Source of the DNA: a virus
Length of the DNA: 64,000 nt
Direction: 5' to 3' (one strand)
Virus record (IMG/VR): IMGVR_UViG_3300037454_000146
Coordinates: 35,374-99,373 of that record
In this document: positions 16,476 to 26,799 of the stretch, piece after piece
Layout: every line of letters begins with the position of its first letter
Numbering within the stretch: position 1 is the stretch's first letter
Notes under the pieces: model-generated
The model's database searches: none
What the model saw: the letters and a program-made list of their open reading frames with translations, nothing else
Told to the model about the DNA's origin: nothing
Translations under genes and position numbers: made by a program

Positions 16476-18989
16476 ACCTATCCCTTTGAAGCTGCCGACA
16501 GCGGCGAGCCCTGTAAGTAAAGTCGGGAGTGTCCCGAACTTGTCGATGATTTTTGTCAGTATCTCTAAAAACTCTTTGGCGGTGTCTACCACGCCCTTAA
16601 TAAAGTCGCTACCTACGACCGTCTGAGCGAGGTCTTGGTATGCCGCCTTTAAGCTGTCAATAGAATACTGAATCGACTTCGCGTATTCTTCTTGCTCGCG
16701 ACGTGCAGAGCCCGCAGAACCCTCGGCGGTCTTGTAAACCTTTTCAAGCAACTCGCCGTTTTCGAGGATTGCCGCACCTATATTCGACTGACGTTTGCCA
16801 AATAGCTGCTCAAGAACTGAGCTTCGCGAGAGGTCATCAAGTTGACCCCACACCTTAGAGATTTCGAGAAGAATCTGATATGTTGATTTATATGTTGTGT
16901 CGTCAAGCTGAATGTCTACGCCTGTAAGCGCAAGCATCTGCTGTCTGAGCTTCGATATATTTTCAGCCGCACCCTCTGCATCCTCACCAATCTGTTCAAG
17001 CTCTGTCTTGGTTGAACGGAGACGAAGTGATACGGTTTTGATGCCCTGTCCGACAGTGGTCGGGTCTTGGGCGACAGTGTTTGCCGTGGTGATAAGCGCT
17101 ATACTTTCGCTCAGAGTGTTATTTCCAGCCGCTAACGCGGAAGCAGAGCGTTTGAGAGCCTCACCTATACCACCAGAAGATATTGCGAAGTTATTGCCGA
17201 CTTCGTTAAATTTGTCTACAATTTCTATCGAGTTCTGCGCCTCTATATTAAAGGCTTTCATCGTAGACACTAAATCTTCTGCCGCTTGTGTTTCAGTTAT
17301 GCCGTCGCCGACATTCTGATAAAGTATCGCAACCTTACCGAGCTCCTCCGCGTCGGGCAAAGATTCACCCAGTCGTGCAAAGGTGCTTGTGGCGTTGATT
17401 ACGTCGGTTATGCTCGCACCGAGCTCTTTGGCGGTATTGCCCGCAGACTTCTGAAATTTTCTGAAATCTTCTTCGGTCGCTTCAGTAACCTTGCGAAGTT
17501 CAACCATTGCCGTGTCAAGCGCCGTTACCTCGTTTACCATATCTCTAATCTGCCTCTTGACAAAATTAAAGACCATATTCGCGGTAATGTAGCTCGACAT
17601 TAGTTTGAATGAATTTAAGAATTTACCCCAAGCACTTTCACCTTTGAGTCCTGCGGCTTCAGCCTCTTTACCAAAGATGCGGAACTCCTCGCCAAGATGT
17701 TTAACTTCACTCGCGCTCAAATCCGCGCCTTTCGCCATACGAGATGTCAAGTCCGCCCACTTGGAGGCGAAAGTTGTGCCGTCAGACATTTGCTTGGTAG
17801 AATCTATGGCTCTCTTATTAGCAGAAGCATACGCTTGCATATCTGCTGAGAGTTTCTTAATCTTATTAGATAAAGAAGTTTCTCGACTAAGAGCCTTTTC
17901 TTCCTTTTGAGCCGCCTTTAAACCATTGGTAATATCTTGAATGGCTTGGCTTACTTCTCCATATTTCTTACTCCATTCTAAGCCACGACCAGATTCACTT
18001 TCAATCCGCTGCAACTCTACGAGATTTTTACTTGCATTTGCAAGATTGTCACCCAAAGACGATTTCGCGGACTCATCTGATAGAGCATCTATATCTTTTC
18101 TTAACGCATTAAGCGTATTATCAAAATTTTTAGCTTTGTTAATTGCGTTATCAAATATATTAAAGGAACTTCCAGTCGATTTTAGCGACGTTCCGATATT
18201 AGCCGCAGCCGTCTTGAGATTATCAAGTGCCTTCTGTGCGGATTCCACAGAGCCAACGCCAGACTCTAAATCAATAATGGCGTTACGAGCTGTGGTCAGC
18301 GGCTCAATTAAACCACTTTCGATTGATTTGTGGCTTGCCTCGAAATTAGCAAGCTCTTTACTTAGTCTTGCTAAATCTTGCTGTATTTTGCCAACGCCCT
18401 TGTCAGAATAAGAACCACCAATATACTCAAACTTTTGACCAGTAGAATCAAGCAAGAAATTAAGTTCTCTAACCTCGCCAGAAGCAGCCTGTATTCTCGC
18501 AATTATCTTATTTATACTATCCGCCGACTCTTGATCGTTATATTTGCCTGTAACGGTAACAGTACCCAATGATGATAGGCGACTTTGTATTGTAGCCATT
18601 GTACGCTCGGCGTTGATTATCCCGTCTGCATTTGTCGCAACCTTAAACGGCTCAACAAACCTACTATCTAAATCCGCAAGCGTTTTCTTTAAAGTGAGAA
18701 CTTTGTTTGTTACAGTTTCGACACTCTTAGCAACATTCTCGATGTTTTGCGCCGATTGTCCAGTACCAGCCTGTATTTCTATTTTGGGAATATCTATTTT
18801 CAGTTTTTTAGATATTTCGCTAACTTGATTTTGCAGAGTAGCCAAACTGTTTGTGTCGAGACTACAAGCTATTGATAATGCTTTGTTGGCATCCAATCGC
18901 TTTTTAACTTCTTCTAAATCTTTTTCAATTGTACTGACGGTCTTGGGTATGTCCAAACTCGCCACTATTTCAATTCTGTTATCGTCCAT
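16476..18989 (-). CDS. tail tape measure protein, exon 1 (838 codons; TP901-type core)
   Basis: Contains NTAKELGASITDVINATSTFARLGESLPDAEELGKVAILYQNVGDG...ISSGGIGEALKRSASALAAGNNTLSESIALITTANTVAQDPTTVGQGIKTVSLRL. The unspliced frame runs 17 further codons into the intron and stops at 16422. Confidence 0.8.
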
Positions 18990-19006
18990 TTCATCACCAC
19001 TCTTTC

Positions 19007-19495
19007 TTAATACCAGTCAGATATATCTACATCCCATGAAACTGTTACGCCCCAACGGTTGCTTGCATTGAATTTTTGCACTCCTTTGCTAATATAATCA
19101 TATCCGTCAAAACGTCTAAATCTATCTTCTTCGCCAGTATAACCATGCCAACACCAACCGTTTAGCATAAGCACATTAACTGGACTTCTATGGTCTTTGT
19201 TAAAGTTCCACGCCCACACATTGTTGCTAAATTTGAGGGACAACTTAATACGGTTGTCCTTTATTCTTGCCTGTATGAAATCTTCGGCGTATAGCGCAGT
19301 CCGCAGGTTTGCACCATCAGGTCTGCGCTTATAATAACTTGGGCTGTAACTGTCATACATGAAGTCAATCTCGTCTTGTATACAGTCATAAAGATAATCC
19401 ACAGCTTCTTTGAGATTTTGCTCTACCGTTTTACCATTAGCAAGTTTTGCCTTTTTAATAACTATGCGTTTAAGCTGTTCTGCAATAGAAGCCAT
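19007..19495 (-). CDS. hypothetical protein (tail assembly chaperone position)
   Basis: 162 aa immediately upstream of the tape measure. GAGGAG RBS. Confidence 0.35.
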   Translation of the reverse strand: MASIAEQLKRIVIKKAKLANGKTVEQNLKEAVDYLYDCIQDEIDFMYDSYSPSYYKRRPDGANLRTALYAEDFIQARIKDNRIKLSLKFSNNVWAWNFNKDHRSPVNVLMLNGWCWHGYTGEEDRFRRFDGYDYISKGVQKFNASNRWGVTVSWDVDISDWY

Positions 19496-19507
19496 GTCAT
19501 CATCTCC

Positions 19508-20053
19508 TCACTTCTTTTTAGTTTTCTTTACGCTTTGTTCTACAACAGCCTCTACAAACTCCTGCTTGTCTACCTTGTCGAGCTTTTCAAGCACTTCCTT
19601 AATATCGGCAAGATTCTGTGTGTTATCCGTATTAATTATTGCCGATAAGTCAGCACAAAGCTTGTCAAATGAGGTCTGCCTTGTTGCTATGATATAGTCA
19701 ATCTGCCTGTCAATCGCAGACTCCACTTCGCCCCAAACAGGCAACTTCACAACGTCGGCTTCAATCTGCGAATACCAGTTGCCGCCCTGCGTTGTCTTGA
19801 ATATCTCGTTTACATCAGCATCTTCAGGCTCAATGTCGGTCATGTACTTGATGATAGAGTAGCGACGAGCTATCTCGCGATTTTCTGCGTGATATTCACC
19901 GTCCACGAATGAGGACTGCGCTACAGTCTGCACGATTGACGCAAATGTGTCTACGTCAAGATAGGTCTTGATTGTGACAGGTGCGCTATTAATGCGCTTG
20001 GTTGTGTTCTTGAGGGCAAAGTTCTTGCCGATAACGTCTGTAAGTTTACTCAT
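19508..20053 (-). CDS. hypothetical protein (tail assembly chaperone position)
   Basis: 181 aa, second gene upstream of the tape measure. No overlap or slippery site seen. Confidence 0.35.
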   Translation of the reverse strand: MSKLTDVIGKNFALKNTTKRINSAPVTIKTYLDVDTFASIVQTVAQSSFVDGEYHAENREIARRYSIIKYMTDIEPEDADVNEIFKTTQGGNWYSQIEADVVKLPVWGEVESAIDRQIDYIIATRQTSFDKLCADLSAIINTDNTQNLADIKEVLEKLDKVDKQEFVEAVVEQSVKKTKKK

Positions 20054-20117
20054 GTTAAAATCTCCTTTTTATTAGTTTACTTTCTCGCTTATATCCGTGT
20101 TGAAATAAGCACAAAAG

Positions 20118-20660
20118 TTAGATTTGAGTCTCAACTGCATATCGCCCGATAGCGATAGCGTCAGATACGTCGTCTACTTGTATATCAAGATTATAATAAT
20201 CGTTTACTTTCTGCCTTATATCTTCTTTTCGTTCTGGTCGCTTTACACCTCTGCCGTATTTGCCCCACGCCGTTATCCACTTTGATTCCTCTATAATGGT
20301 ATACTTAACATTGTGTTTGTGGGCAATGTGTGCTATGAAGCCTTGCAGTCTTGCAAGCGACCTAAACCCTTTCGGATTTGCATTTTCAAATATTTCCTCA
20401 AACCATATCTCGTCAGGCTTGAACTTCTCAATAAGCTTTTCGAGTTGGTCTGTTATCGCCGTTATTCGGAGTAGAGTAGTGCCATAATCCGCTTCGGGCA
20501 TAATAATACTGATAAGGTGCGGTTCTTCTTCTACTCGCAACTCATCAGCTCGTTTACTCATTTTTGGTTTTATTAGGCAATAATCTTTTAGCTTGCCATT
20601 AACAAAAAAGCCAGCCCCCGTTGCGGAAGTTGACTGGTCTATGCTCAAAACTCGTTTCAT
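20118..20660 (-). CDS. RuvC-like Holliday junction resolvase
   Basis: Start at ATG 20660 after AGGAGG. LSIDQSTSATG, FEEIF and DDVSDAIAIG match the RuvC-fold acidic residues. Confidence 0.6.
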   Translation of the reverse strand: MKRVLSIDQSTSATGAGFFVNGKLKDYCLIKPKMSKRADELRVEEEPHLISIIMPEADYGTTLLRITAITDQLEKLIEKFKPDEIWFEEIFENANPKGFRSLARLQGFIAHIAHKHNVKYTIIEESKWITAWGKYGRGVKRPERKEDIRQKVNDYYNLDIQVDDVSDAIAIGRYAVETQI

Positions 20661-20702
20661 ATTTCCTCCTATAAAAAAGCACACCCGAAGGTGCGCTGTA
20701 AA

Positions 20703-21794
20703 TTATTCTGCGTATTTCCAGATGCAATTGGCATATATTTCTTTCTTATTCTGACAACATAGTGACACATAATAAGAATTATATCCATTTTGTTTTATTT
20801 CTGAGAGCGATGCATATTGATTTAATAAAACATTATTCATATCATATTGCTCATATTTAATAGCGTTCTGTTGCGATTGCAATTCTTGATAATATAAACG
20901 GTCATTCTCCAAATTTTCGGTCGATTCATTTTCGTATCTCCACACATAACCAAAAGCAGTATCAACCATTCTCCTACAACAAGACGAAATCAGCGATCTG
21001 TTTGTATAACCAGTTTTATCTTCAATTTCTCTAATTGAATTAAAACTACAAATTAGATTCATACCCATATCGTATTGATTAATTTTTAATCTTTGAGCCT
21101 TTTCATTAGCATAATCCAAGCGTTTTTGTAACAACTCATCAGAATAATCTTCCTCTTTAATCCATATAAATCCTTTATAAGAACGCTTAATACCACTTGC
21201 TACCGCTGACACACAGCTATGAATATAGCCATCTTGTTCAGCCTCTGTCAATGAATTGTATTTATGAAGTATTTCTCCACTATCTTTATCTATTTTATAT
21301 ATAGGACGAATACAACGTTCTTTATTTCTTTCAGCAATTCCCGTATTATCTTTTGTATAATCAGTTCTTTTCTTTCGAGTGCCAGAAGCCCAAGATTCTT
21401 TTTGAGCTTTTCTCATATTATTACAAGCATCAGCAGGAATTGGAACTCCCAAATGAGCCATTGATTGCCTAAGTCGTGTTTCCTCAGTAATTTCTTTATT
21501 TAAATTTCCGCCTTTTTCAATATTAAATCCTCTTTTAAGATTTGTAGAATCGTAAAAAGCAATTAATTCAATTTCTTTTGTTTCAGCTTCTTCTTTTGAT
21601 AAATTATCATACAATATCTCCGAAACTATACAATCCCATCCGTTTTTTAATATGAATCTGAAGAAGTGAATATTGTCTTTATACCCTCGACCTCTATCAA
21701 ACCTTCTTTTCGGGTTTTTCTGACAAGTGACTCCGATATATACTCGACCATCTGGGACAGTGTGTTTATACACTTTATATTTCTTTTCTTCCAT
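20703..21794 (-). CDS. GIY-YIG homing endonuclease with three NUMOD/IENR-like DNA-binding repeats
   Basis: YKVYKHTVPDGRVYIGVT...R...E...N core. Three C-terminal repeats of the type Y(D/K)...L..(Y/F)(N/A)S..E(A/I)......(G)Y....(I/V)S..C......(G/A)(F/Y/C)(I/V)W. Confidence 0.75.
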   Translation of the reverse strand: MEEKKYKVYKHTVPDGRVYIGVTCQKNPKRRFDRGRGYKDNIHFFRFILKNGWDCIVSEILYDNLSKEEAETKEIELIAFYDSTNLKRGFNIEKGGNLNKEITEETRLRQSMAHLGVPIPADACNNMRKAQKESWASGTRKKRTDYTKDNTGIAERNKERCIRPIYKIDKDSGEILHKYNSLTEAEQDGYIHSCVSAVASGIKRSYKGFIWIKEEDYSDELLQKRLDYANEKAQRLKINQYDMGMNLICSFNSIREIEDKTGYTNRSLISSCCRRMVDTAFGYVWRYENESTENLENDRLYYQELQSQQNAIKYEQYDMNNVLLNQYASLSEIKQNGYNSYYVSLCCQNKKEIYANCIWKYAE

Positions 21795-21864
21795 ACAAAC
21801 CTCTCTTCACTCTCATTAGTTGCTCTGTGTGGATATAAAAATATCCATAACTTTTCCTAATTAT

Positions 21865-21893
21865 ATTATACCACTAATTTTATGCTCTGTCAA
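21865..21893 (-). promoter_or_regulatory. consensus promoter driving the GIY-YIG gene
   Basis: Minus strand reads TTGACAGAGCATAAAATTAGTGGTATAAT (17-nt spacer). Confidence 0.65.
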
Positions 21894-21900
21894 GGGGTTT

Positions 21901-21940
21901 ATAAAAATTAGGGGTAAGTTTCTGTAAAGTCACTTACCCC
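21901..21940 (-). terminator. rho-independent terminator after 21949..22275
   Basis: 9-bp stem GGGGTAAGT/ACTTACCCC (21911-21919 with 21932-21940), followed on the minus strand by TAATTTTTAT. Confidence 0.6.
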
Positions 21941-21948
21941 TTTCTTAA

Positions 21949-22275
21949 TCAATCATTATAAAGCTTTGATTTCTTTGTCTTTTTAAGCACCGTCTTTTCC
22001 TCATTAGATTTCTCGACAGTTAAAATATCCTTAATTTGCTCGGCAATACTCGGTTTTAAATTGCTTAAATCACTATCGGCTGTAATGCCAAGATTTTCAA
22101 AAGCAATACGAGCATCATCCTTACCATATAACTTGGAGTTATACTGTTCAATTATCATATAAATTTGATAGTGTTCATGCGTGTCAGTATAAAACTTCCA
22201 CGCATGAGTACCAGCACATGAAGGACAATATGAATATTTCTCACCGCAAATTAAGCATTTTGTGAGATTAGCCAT
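21949..22275 (-). CDS. zinc-ribbon protein, function unknown
   Basis: CLICGEKYSYCPSC at the N-terminus. 108 aa. Confidence 0.5.
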   Translation of the reverse strand: MANLTKCLICGEKYSYCPSCAGTHAWKFYTDTHEHYQIYMIIEQYNSKLYGKDDARIAFENLGITADSDLSNLKPSIAEQIKDILTVEKSNEEKTVLKKTKKSKLYND

Positions 22276-22289
22276 TATATGCCTCCTTA

Positions 22290-23156
22290 TTATTCGCCAG
22301 CCACAACCATTCTATAAAGCTCACGATCCTCAGAGCAATAATCATAGCTACAAGTTAAGTTACAGTCAATATTCTGATCGAGTGCCATACCCAGAGTATA
22401 ATTTGTCTGGAATTTTGCTGATGGGAATATAAAGTATGCGTAAATAGGTGATGTCTTATCACAAACATCGTAACCTCTTACAAGAACCTTTACTACAGAA
22501 GCAACAGGGAACTCCTCTGCGGAGTTAATAATCTGAATTGCATTAGCAGTATCATACTCATAAGTAATGAGGATAGATGAACCTTCATCATAATCTGCAT
22601 TAAGAACAGTAATTGTATCTGCCGAACCGCTACCCTTTGTGAATACAAATTCACCAGAAGAAGGTGTAGTCGTACCCTTTTCAAGCTTCTTTCTTGTTGA
22701 ACCGTCTTTTGTCAGAAATGCAGCCGATACCTTGTATACAGGAGTTCCAGCAGTACCACTATTTCTTACAGCCTGTGCAAGCGCGATAGTTGTAGTGGTT
22801 GTATCGATTGTAACCTTACCAGCGGTTGCAACAAGTTTTACTGTCTCAAATTTTGGAACAGCAATCTTGTCATCATTTGTTCCTCTTTCAACCTCTGATC
22901 CGTTCATGGCTGCCACTAATTCTAATGTCAACAGTGGAGTTGAAAATGAAACATTACAAGACTTGGCTCTCGAAATTGAGAATATAGTATTTCCTTGAGC
23001 GTCCGTCTTAGTATCTTCCTCTGCATCTACGTTAATCTGAAAATCAGCCACCTGATTCGTCATGAAAGCAAGTGATCCGTCGCTATTTTCACCGACTACA
23101 TAAATGGCTCTTTCAGGCACGAATGTAGAGAGATCTGTGCTAAAAGCTACTGCCAT
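22290..23156 (-). CDS. putative major tail (tube) protein
   Basis: 288 aa, T/S/G-rich beta-type composition. Lies between the head-tail genes and the chaperone/tape measure block. Assignment is by position. Confidence 0.45.
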   Translation of the reverse strand: MAVAFSTDLSTFVPERAIYVVGENSDGSLAFMTNQVADFQINVDAEEDTKTDAQGNTIFSISRAKSCNVSFSTPLLTLELVAAMNGSEVERGTNDDKIAVPKFETVKLVATAGKVTIDTTTTTIALAQAVRNSGTAGTPVYKVSAAFLTKDGSTRKKLEKGTTTPSSGEFVFTKGSGSADTITVLNADYDEGSSILITYEYDTANAIQIINSAEEFPVASVVKVLVRGYDVCDKTSPIYAYFIFPSAKFQTNYTLGMALDQNIDCNLTCSYDYCSEDRELYRMVVAGE

Positions 23157-23176
23157 ATTATTACCACCTTTCTGTG

Positions 23177-23935
23177 TTAGTCAATTGGTTTTAGCCAATC
23201 TAATTCTTTCTTAATTTTGCTGTATTCAATACAGCCACTATATAAACCTTGATATAAATGATTTGCATTATCAATTATCGAGATACGTTTCAAACTATCA
23301 AAGAACGCATACACTTTCATATCCCACACTTTATCCCAACCATACTTGAAGTTTGGGTGGTTTACGAGAGCCGAAATGTATGGCAAGTAAGCCGAGTGAG
23401 TGCCTTTAAAAGCACGAAGTCTCTCTTGATATTTAGCGTCATTTCGAGCGTCAATTATCAACTGCTTCTTTGCAAAACCGCCTTTGACCTGTGTGTACTG
23501 AGGTTGTGGCATACCATGCATTTTGCGAATATACGCCGTCATTTCCTCAAAAATATCACTATTGAATTTGATGCCACTTTTATCAACCATACACAATTCG
23601 TTATCACACTCTACAGGAATAAAAGATGAAAAGTCTAAATCACCGAATAAAGGAGATGTGTCTAACTTGTTATTCTCTTTATCCTTGTGGTTGGACAACA
23701 TCATTGCAAATATGGTGAACATTTGAAAATTTGTTATCTCAGTATAATCAATTCCCATATCTTCTAATTGCGCACATCGGTCTATATTAGTTGCTGTGAA
23801 TACTGAAATCATGGAGAGATATTCGCTCTCCCCATAATCACATATTTCGCCCAAAGTTGGGCATTTTATTTCAACACCGTTTGGCAACTTATAATTGTCG
23901 CCACGGTATAGTTTTAATTCGTCAATGTCTCGCAC
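23177..23935 (-). CDS. hypothetical head-tail module protein
   Basis: 252-aa ORF in the operon. Confidence 0.45.
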   Translation of the reverse strand: MRDIDELKLYRGDNYKLPNGVEIKCPTLGEICDYGESEYLSMISVFTATNIDRCAQLEDMGIDYTEITNFQMFTIFAMMLSNHKDKENNKLDTSPLFGDLDFSSFIPVECDNELCMVDKSGIKFNSDIFEEMTAYIRKMHGMPQPQYTQVKGGFAKKQLIIDARNDAKYQERLRAFKGTHSAYLPYISALVNHPNFKYGWDKVWDMKVYAFFDSLKRISIIDNANHLYQGLYSGCIEYSKIKKELDWLKPID

Positions 23936-23941
23936 GAGAGA

Positions 23942-24439
23942 TCACCCCTCGCACAATCCACTATCCAAATCTACCGCCTCAAACACAAGCTGTCTAAACC
24001 TGTATGTCGTATTAACGCTACCTGCTGTGTCCGACTTTAATTGAAGCGTACCCACGCCGAAATCCTGCCGTCCCTCATATTTTTCTTCTATGAGTTCTGC
24101 AAGGTAGTCCATACGAGTTCCACTTTCGCCAACCATATCCATGTGCATATCCTCTTGGTGAGTGAGCACATAAAACACGATTGTCGGGTGAACCCAAATG
24201 TTGCTGTCACTACTGCCGTAACGTGTACGACGCTCTGGTATGTCAATCTCGATGAGAATATAGGAACGCACTTGCTCCTCAGTTTGAGGAATGAAGTAAT
24301 GGCAAAATATTCGTTTCCATACAAGGTCATCGGGATCTTCATCAGGATTTAAGCCGAGAGCATTTATGATTTCTTCGTCTTGAGATAATTCAGAAACGAT
24401 TTTGTTTTTCCATTCTCGTATGCATTTTGACTTAGCCAT
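23942..24439 (-). CDS. hypothetical head-tail module protein
   Basis: 165-aa ORF in the operon. Confidence 0.45.
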   Translation of the reverse strand: MAKSKCIREWKNKIVSELSQDEEIINALGLNPDEDPDDLVWKRIFCHYFIPQTEEQVRSYILIEIDIPERRTRYGSSDSNIWVHPTIVFYVLTHQEDMHMDMVGESGTRMDYLAELIEEKYEGRQDFGVGTLQLKSDTAGSVNTTYRFRQLVFEAVDLDSGLCEG

Positions 24440-24453
24440 CTCTCAGCACCTCC

Positions 24454-25437
24454 TCACACAGCCCCTATAATATCGACCAGTAACTCCGATGATAAGCTGC
24501 CCGCCGTTGCAACAACCTTGAAACTTGCACCGACCATTGCACTATCATTAGCACACTTCACCACGCACTTGTTACCAGTCTGCGTCATAGTAATCTTACC
24601 TTCCCACATCTCGGAATATACCAAAGTAAACACAATATTATACTCTGTCTCCGCTGTAAAGGTCTTACGACCACCAATGCGAATTGATGGACTGCCCGCA
24701 TAACTTATGAGGATGGGGGATGTCGGTTGCGGTACATCGCTCGGATTTACATAGTCGCAAAGCATTAAGTCAACTCTGTCAACGTCGGGGTTAATCTCGG
24801 TTTCCGTGAGTACAAGCAGAATACAACCCTTGCCGTCATATCTCGGCTCGGCTGTTCCGTCATATCCCATAGTTACCGTATCGACACGAGTAATGTCGTA
24901 ACATTTTGGAGACTCTATGTTGAAGTCAACCATAAGACGCTTGTCCGATTTCAGTTTTAAAGTTTCCTCATCAATCGGCAAATACACCATGAGCTGATTT
25001 GAGCCAACAACTATGACGTTATTGTACTTCTCGCCGTTGTTATACTTCGAGGCACTGAGCACTACCGACCAACGCTCAATAATATCCGCTTCTGTATTCT
25101 GCCATTTGAGGACGTAGTTGCACTGTTGCATCTTGCCATATGTGTAAACTTCCTTATCCCAATCACATGAGACTATAAGCCACATAGCATCTGCCCATTC
25201 AACATAATCGCCAGCGTCAAAATATTCATCGGGCAAACTTTTTACGTCCTTGTAATAGGGGAGAGTACCGTCATCAATAACGAGTTTCTGCGGTACGCCA
25301 TTAACAAGACAATCTTTGCAGGAGAGGGAGTTGACGGCATTGATTTTCAAATTACGTTTTTCTTGGTATAAAGTGCGTTCTCTCACGGTATTTCCGCGAA
25401 ACTTAACTCGCGCCTTATACGAATCGAAATCCGCCAT
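24454..25437 (-). CDS. hypothetical head-tail module protein
   Basis: Start taken at ATG 25437 (MADFDSYKARV...), immediately after the stop of 25439..25771. The track extends to 25539. Confidence 0.45.
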   Translation of the reverse strand: MADFDSYKARVKFRGNTVRERTLYQEKRNLKINAVNSLSCKDCLVNGVPQKLVIDDGTLPYYKDVKSLPDEYFDAGDYVEWADAMWLIVSCDWDKEVYTYGKMQQCNYVLKWQNTEADIIERWSVVLSASKYNNGEKYNNVIVVGSNQLMVYLPIDEETLKLKSDKRLMVDFNIESPKCYDITRVDTVTMGYDGTAEPRYDGKGCILLVLTETEINPDVDRVDLMLCDYVNPSDVPQPTSPILISYAGSPSIRIGGRKTFTAETEYNIVFTLVYSEMWEGKITMTQTGNKCVVKCANDSAMVGASFKVVATAGSLSSELLVDIIGAV

Positions 25438-25438
25438 A

Positions 25439-25771
25439 CTATCCCTCCTTTGCAAAATATTTCTTGTTGATACTTTCGATGTGGCGAATTGCCTTGAACA
25501 CCTCGCGCCTACAAACAGGCACATCAACGTCGTTATCAATAAGATACTCGACGATATTTAGAGCACTCATAAACTGAGGTTCTTCAATAAGCTGCCTATA
25601 TAAATGATAGCTCCCCACCATTTCAACTTTAAGGCTTTCAAGATATGTGGTGAGCGTTTGACAGCCTTCTTCTTTCATCGGCAGAATCTTGTAAATCTTT
25701 CCAATCATATATTGGAAGTAATTCTGAAACGCCTTTTCATCCAACTCAGCATAATCTATCTTCACACTCAT
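25439..25771 (-). CDS. hypothetical head-tail connector-region protein
   Basis: 110-aa ORF with 4-nt overlap to the upstream gene. Confidence 0.45.
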   Translation of the reverse strand: MSVKIDYAELDEKAFQNYFQYMIGKIYKILPMKEEGCQTLTTYLESLKVEMVGSYHLYRQLIEEPQFMSALNIVEYLIDNDVDVPVCRREVFKAIRHIESINKKYFAKEG

Positions 25772-26193
25772 ACTAAATCTCCTACGTCATTGTGAATAAA
25801 CGAATATTCTTTAATGCGTGATAAAAAATTAGCGTGAGCCGTTAAATAGGTAGTGTTGACCTTATCAAGCAGATTGGCGGGAGAGAACGTAGTAAAATCC
25901 TTTGTGCTCAATGCGTTGCGCAGTAATTCAAGATTATTGCGATACGGTTTCAGCCACGATTCAATCATTCCCTCGGACAGTATGTCAATCTCATCAAGGT
26001 CTAAATCCTCGGTAAAACCGTTCTCGTCGGTCAGAGATAAATCCTTTTTACAGGATTCCAAAAACCTCACAACAGCCTGATTGAGTAAACCACTCATAAC
26101 AGTATTAGCGTCACCTACCGCCATATCTGCCAAATCGTAGTCATTAATCTTGTCGAGAAAACTGTTGTAAACTACGTTATAAGCCGTCGCCAT
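25768..26193 (-). CDS. hypothetical head-tail connector-region protein
   Basis: 141-aa ORF whose ATG overlaps the upstream stop. Confidence 0.45.
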   Translation of the reverse strand: MATAYNVVYNSFLDKINDYDLADMAVGDANTVMSGLLNQAVVRFLESCKKDLSLTDENGFTEDLDLDEIDILSEGMIESWLKPYRNNLELLRNALSTKDFTTFSPANLLDKVNTTYLTAHANFLSRIKEYSFIHNDVGDLV

Positions 26194-26735
26194 TAAGTCA
26201 CCTCGTCCATATCAAAACTAATTCCCAGCGCCTTTTCGAGAGCTTCCGTTTTAGCCTTTGAATCAAGACGCGAATCATTGTCCGCAAGCATTGTATACGC
26301 TTTTGTGGTAATTGTCTCCTTAACGGCTTTAGGCAGATTGGGAACAATCTCACCTATCTTCTTTGCCGAAAAATCGAATATATCGTCAATCGTCTCATAA
26401 AGACCGTTTGATACATAATACTTGTCTACATTAAGCGCTTTGTAAATTTGCTCTGCGGTATAATCATCTGTGTCCTCAATAGTAATCCAGTTATTCACAA
26501 AAAACTTCTTCTGACTGTTACGCATAGAAACGAGCTCGCCGTATTCCATTTCAATAACCGTACCAGATTCGTCCCATGTTTCCTCATATCCCGTTTTCTT
26601 AGACTTGTAGTACAGCACGCCGCCTACGTTACTTCTAACAGGAATAAGATAATCTGAATCTATCTTTACCTTTACAGGCTTGGGAGCTTCTACTTGAATA
26701 GGAGCTTCGGTTACTTTCTTTGCAGTTCTTGCCAT
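26193..26735 (-). CDS. hypothetical head-associated protein
   Basis: Start at ATG 26735 after AAGGAGA (MARTAKKVTEAP...). The track extends to 26846 and overlaps the capsid gene. Confidence 0.45.
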   Translation of the reverse strand: MARTAKKVTEAPIQVEAPKPVKVKIDSDYLIPVRSNVGGVLYYKSKKTGYEETWDESGTVIEMEYGELVSMRNSQKKFFVNNWITIEDTDDYTAEQIYKALNVDKYYVSNGLYETIDDIFDFSAKKIGEIVPNLPKAVKETITTKAYTMLADNDSRLDSKAKTEALEKALGISFDMDEVT

Positions 26736-26799
26736 TTGAAAAATCTCCTTTAACCCATAATAAGGGCGGTGTATTTCAACCGCCCATTGTCTTATTTGA

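Noticed and set aside
11390-18989. Alternative reading in which the tape measure is simply two independent genes separated by an inserted moron island.
   Set aside because: The second ORF has no Shine-Dalgarno. The exact P1 (with U.G wobble) and 6-bp P10 pairings to a single internal guide sequence place both splice sites and join the frames. That is hard to explain by chance. This still needs RNA evidence.
19007-20053. Programmed -1 frameshift between the two genes upstream of the tape measure (the G/GT chaperone paradigm).
   Set aside because: The two ORFs are separated by 12 nt, do not overlap, and I saw no slippery heptamer. No frameshift is claimed.
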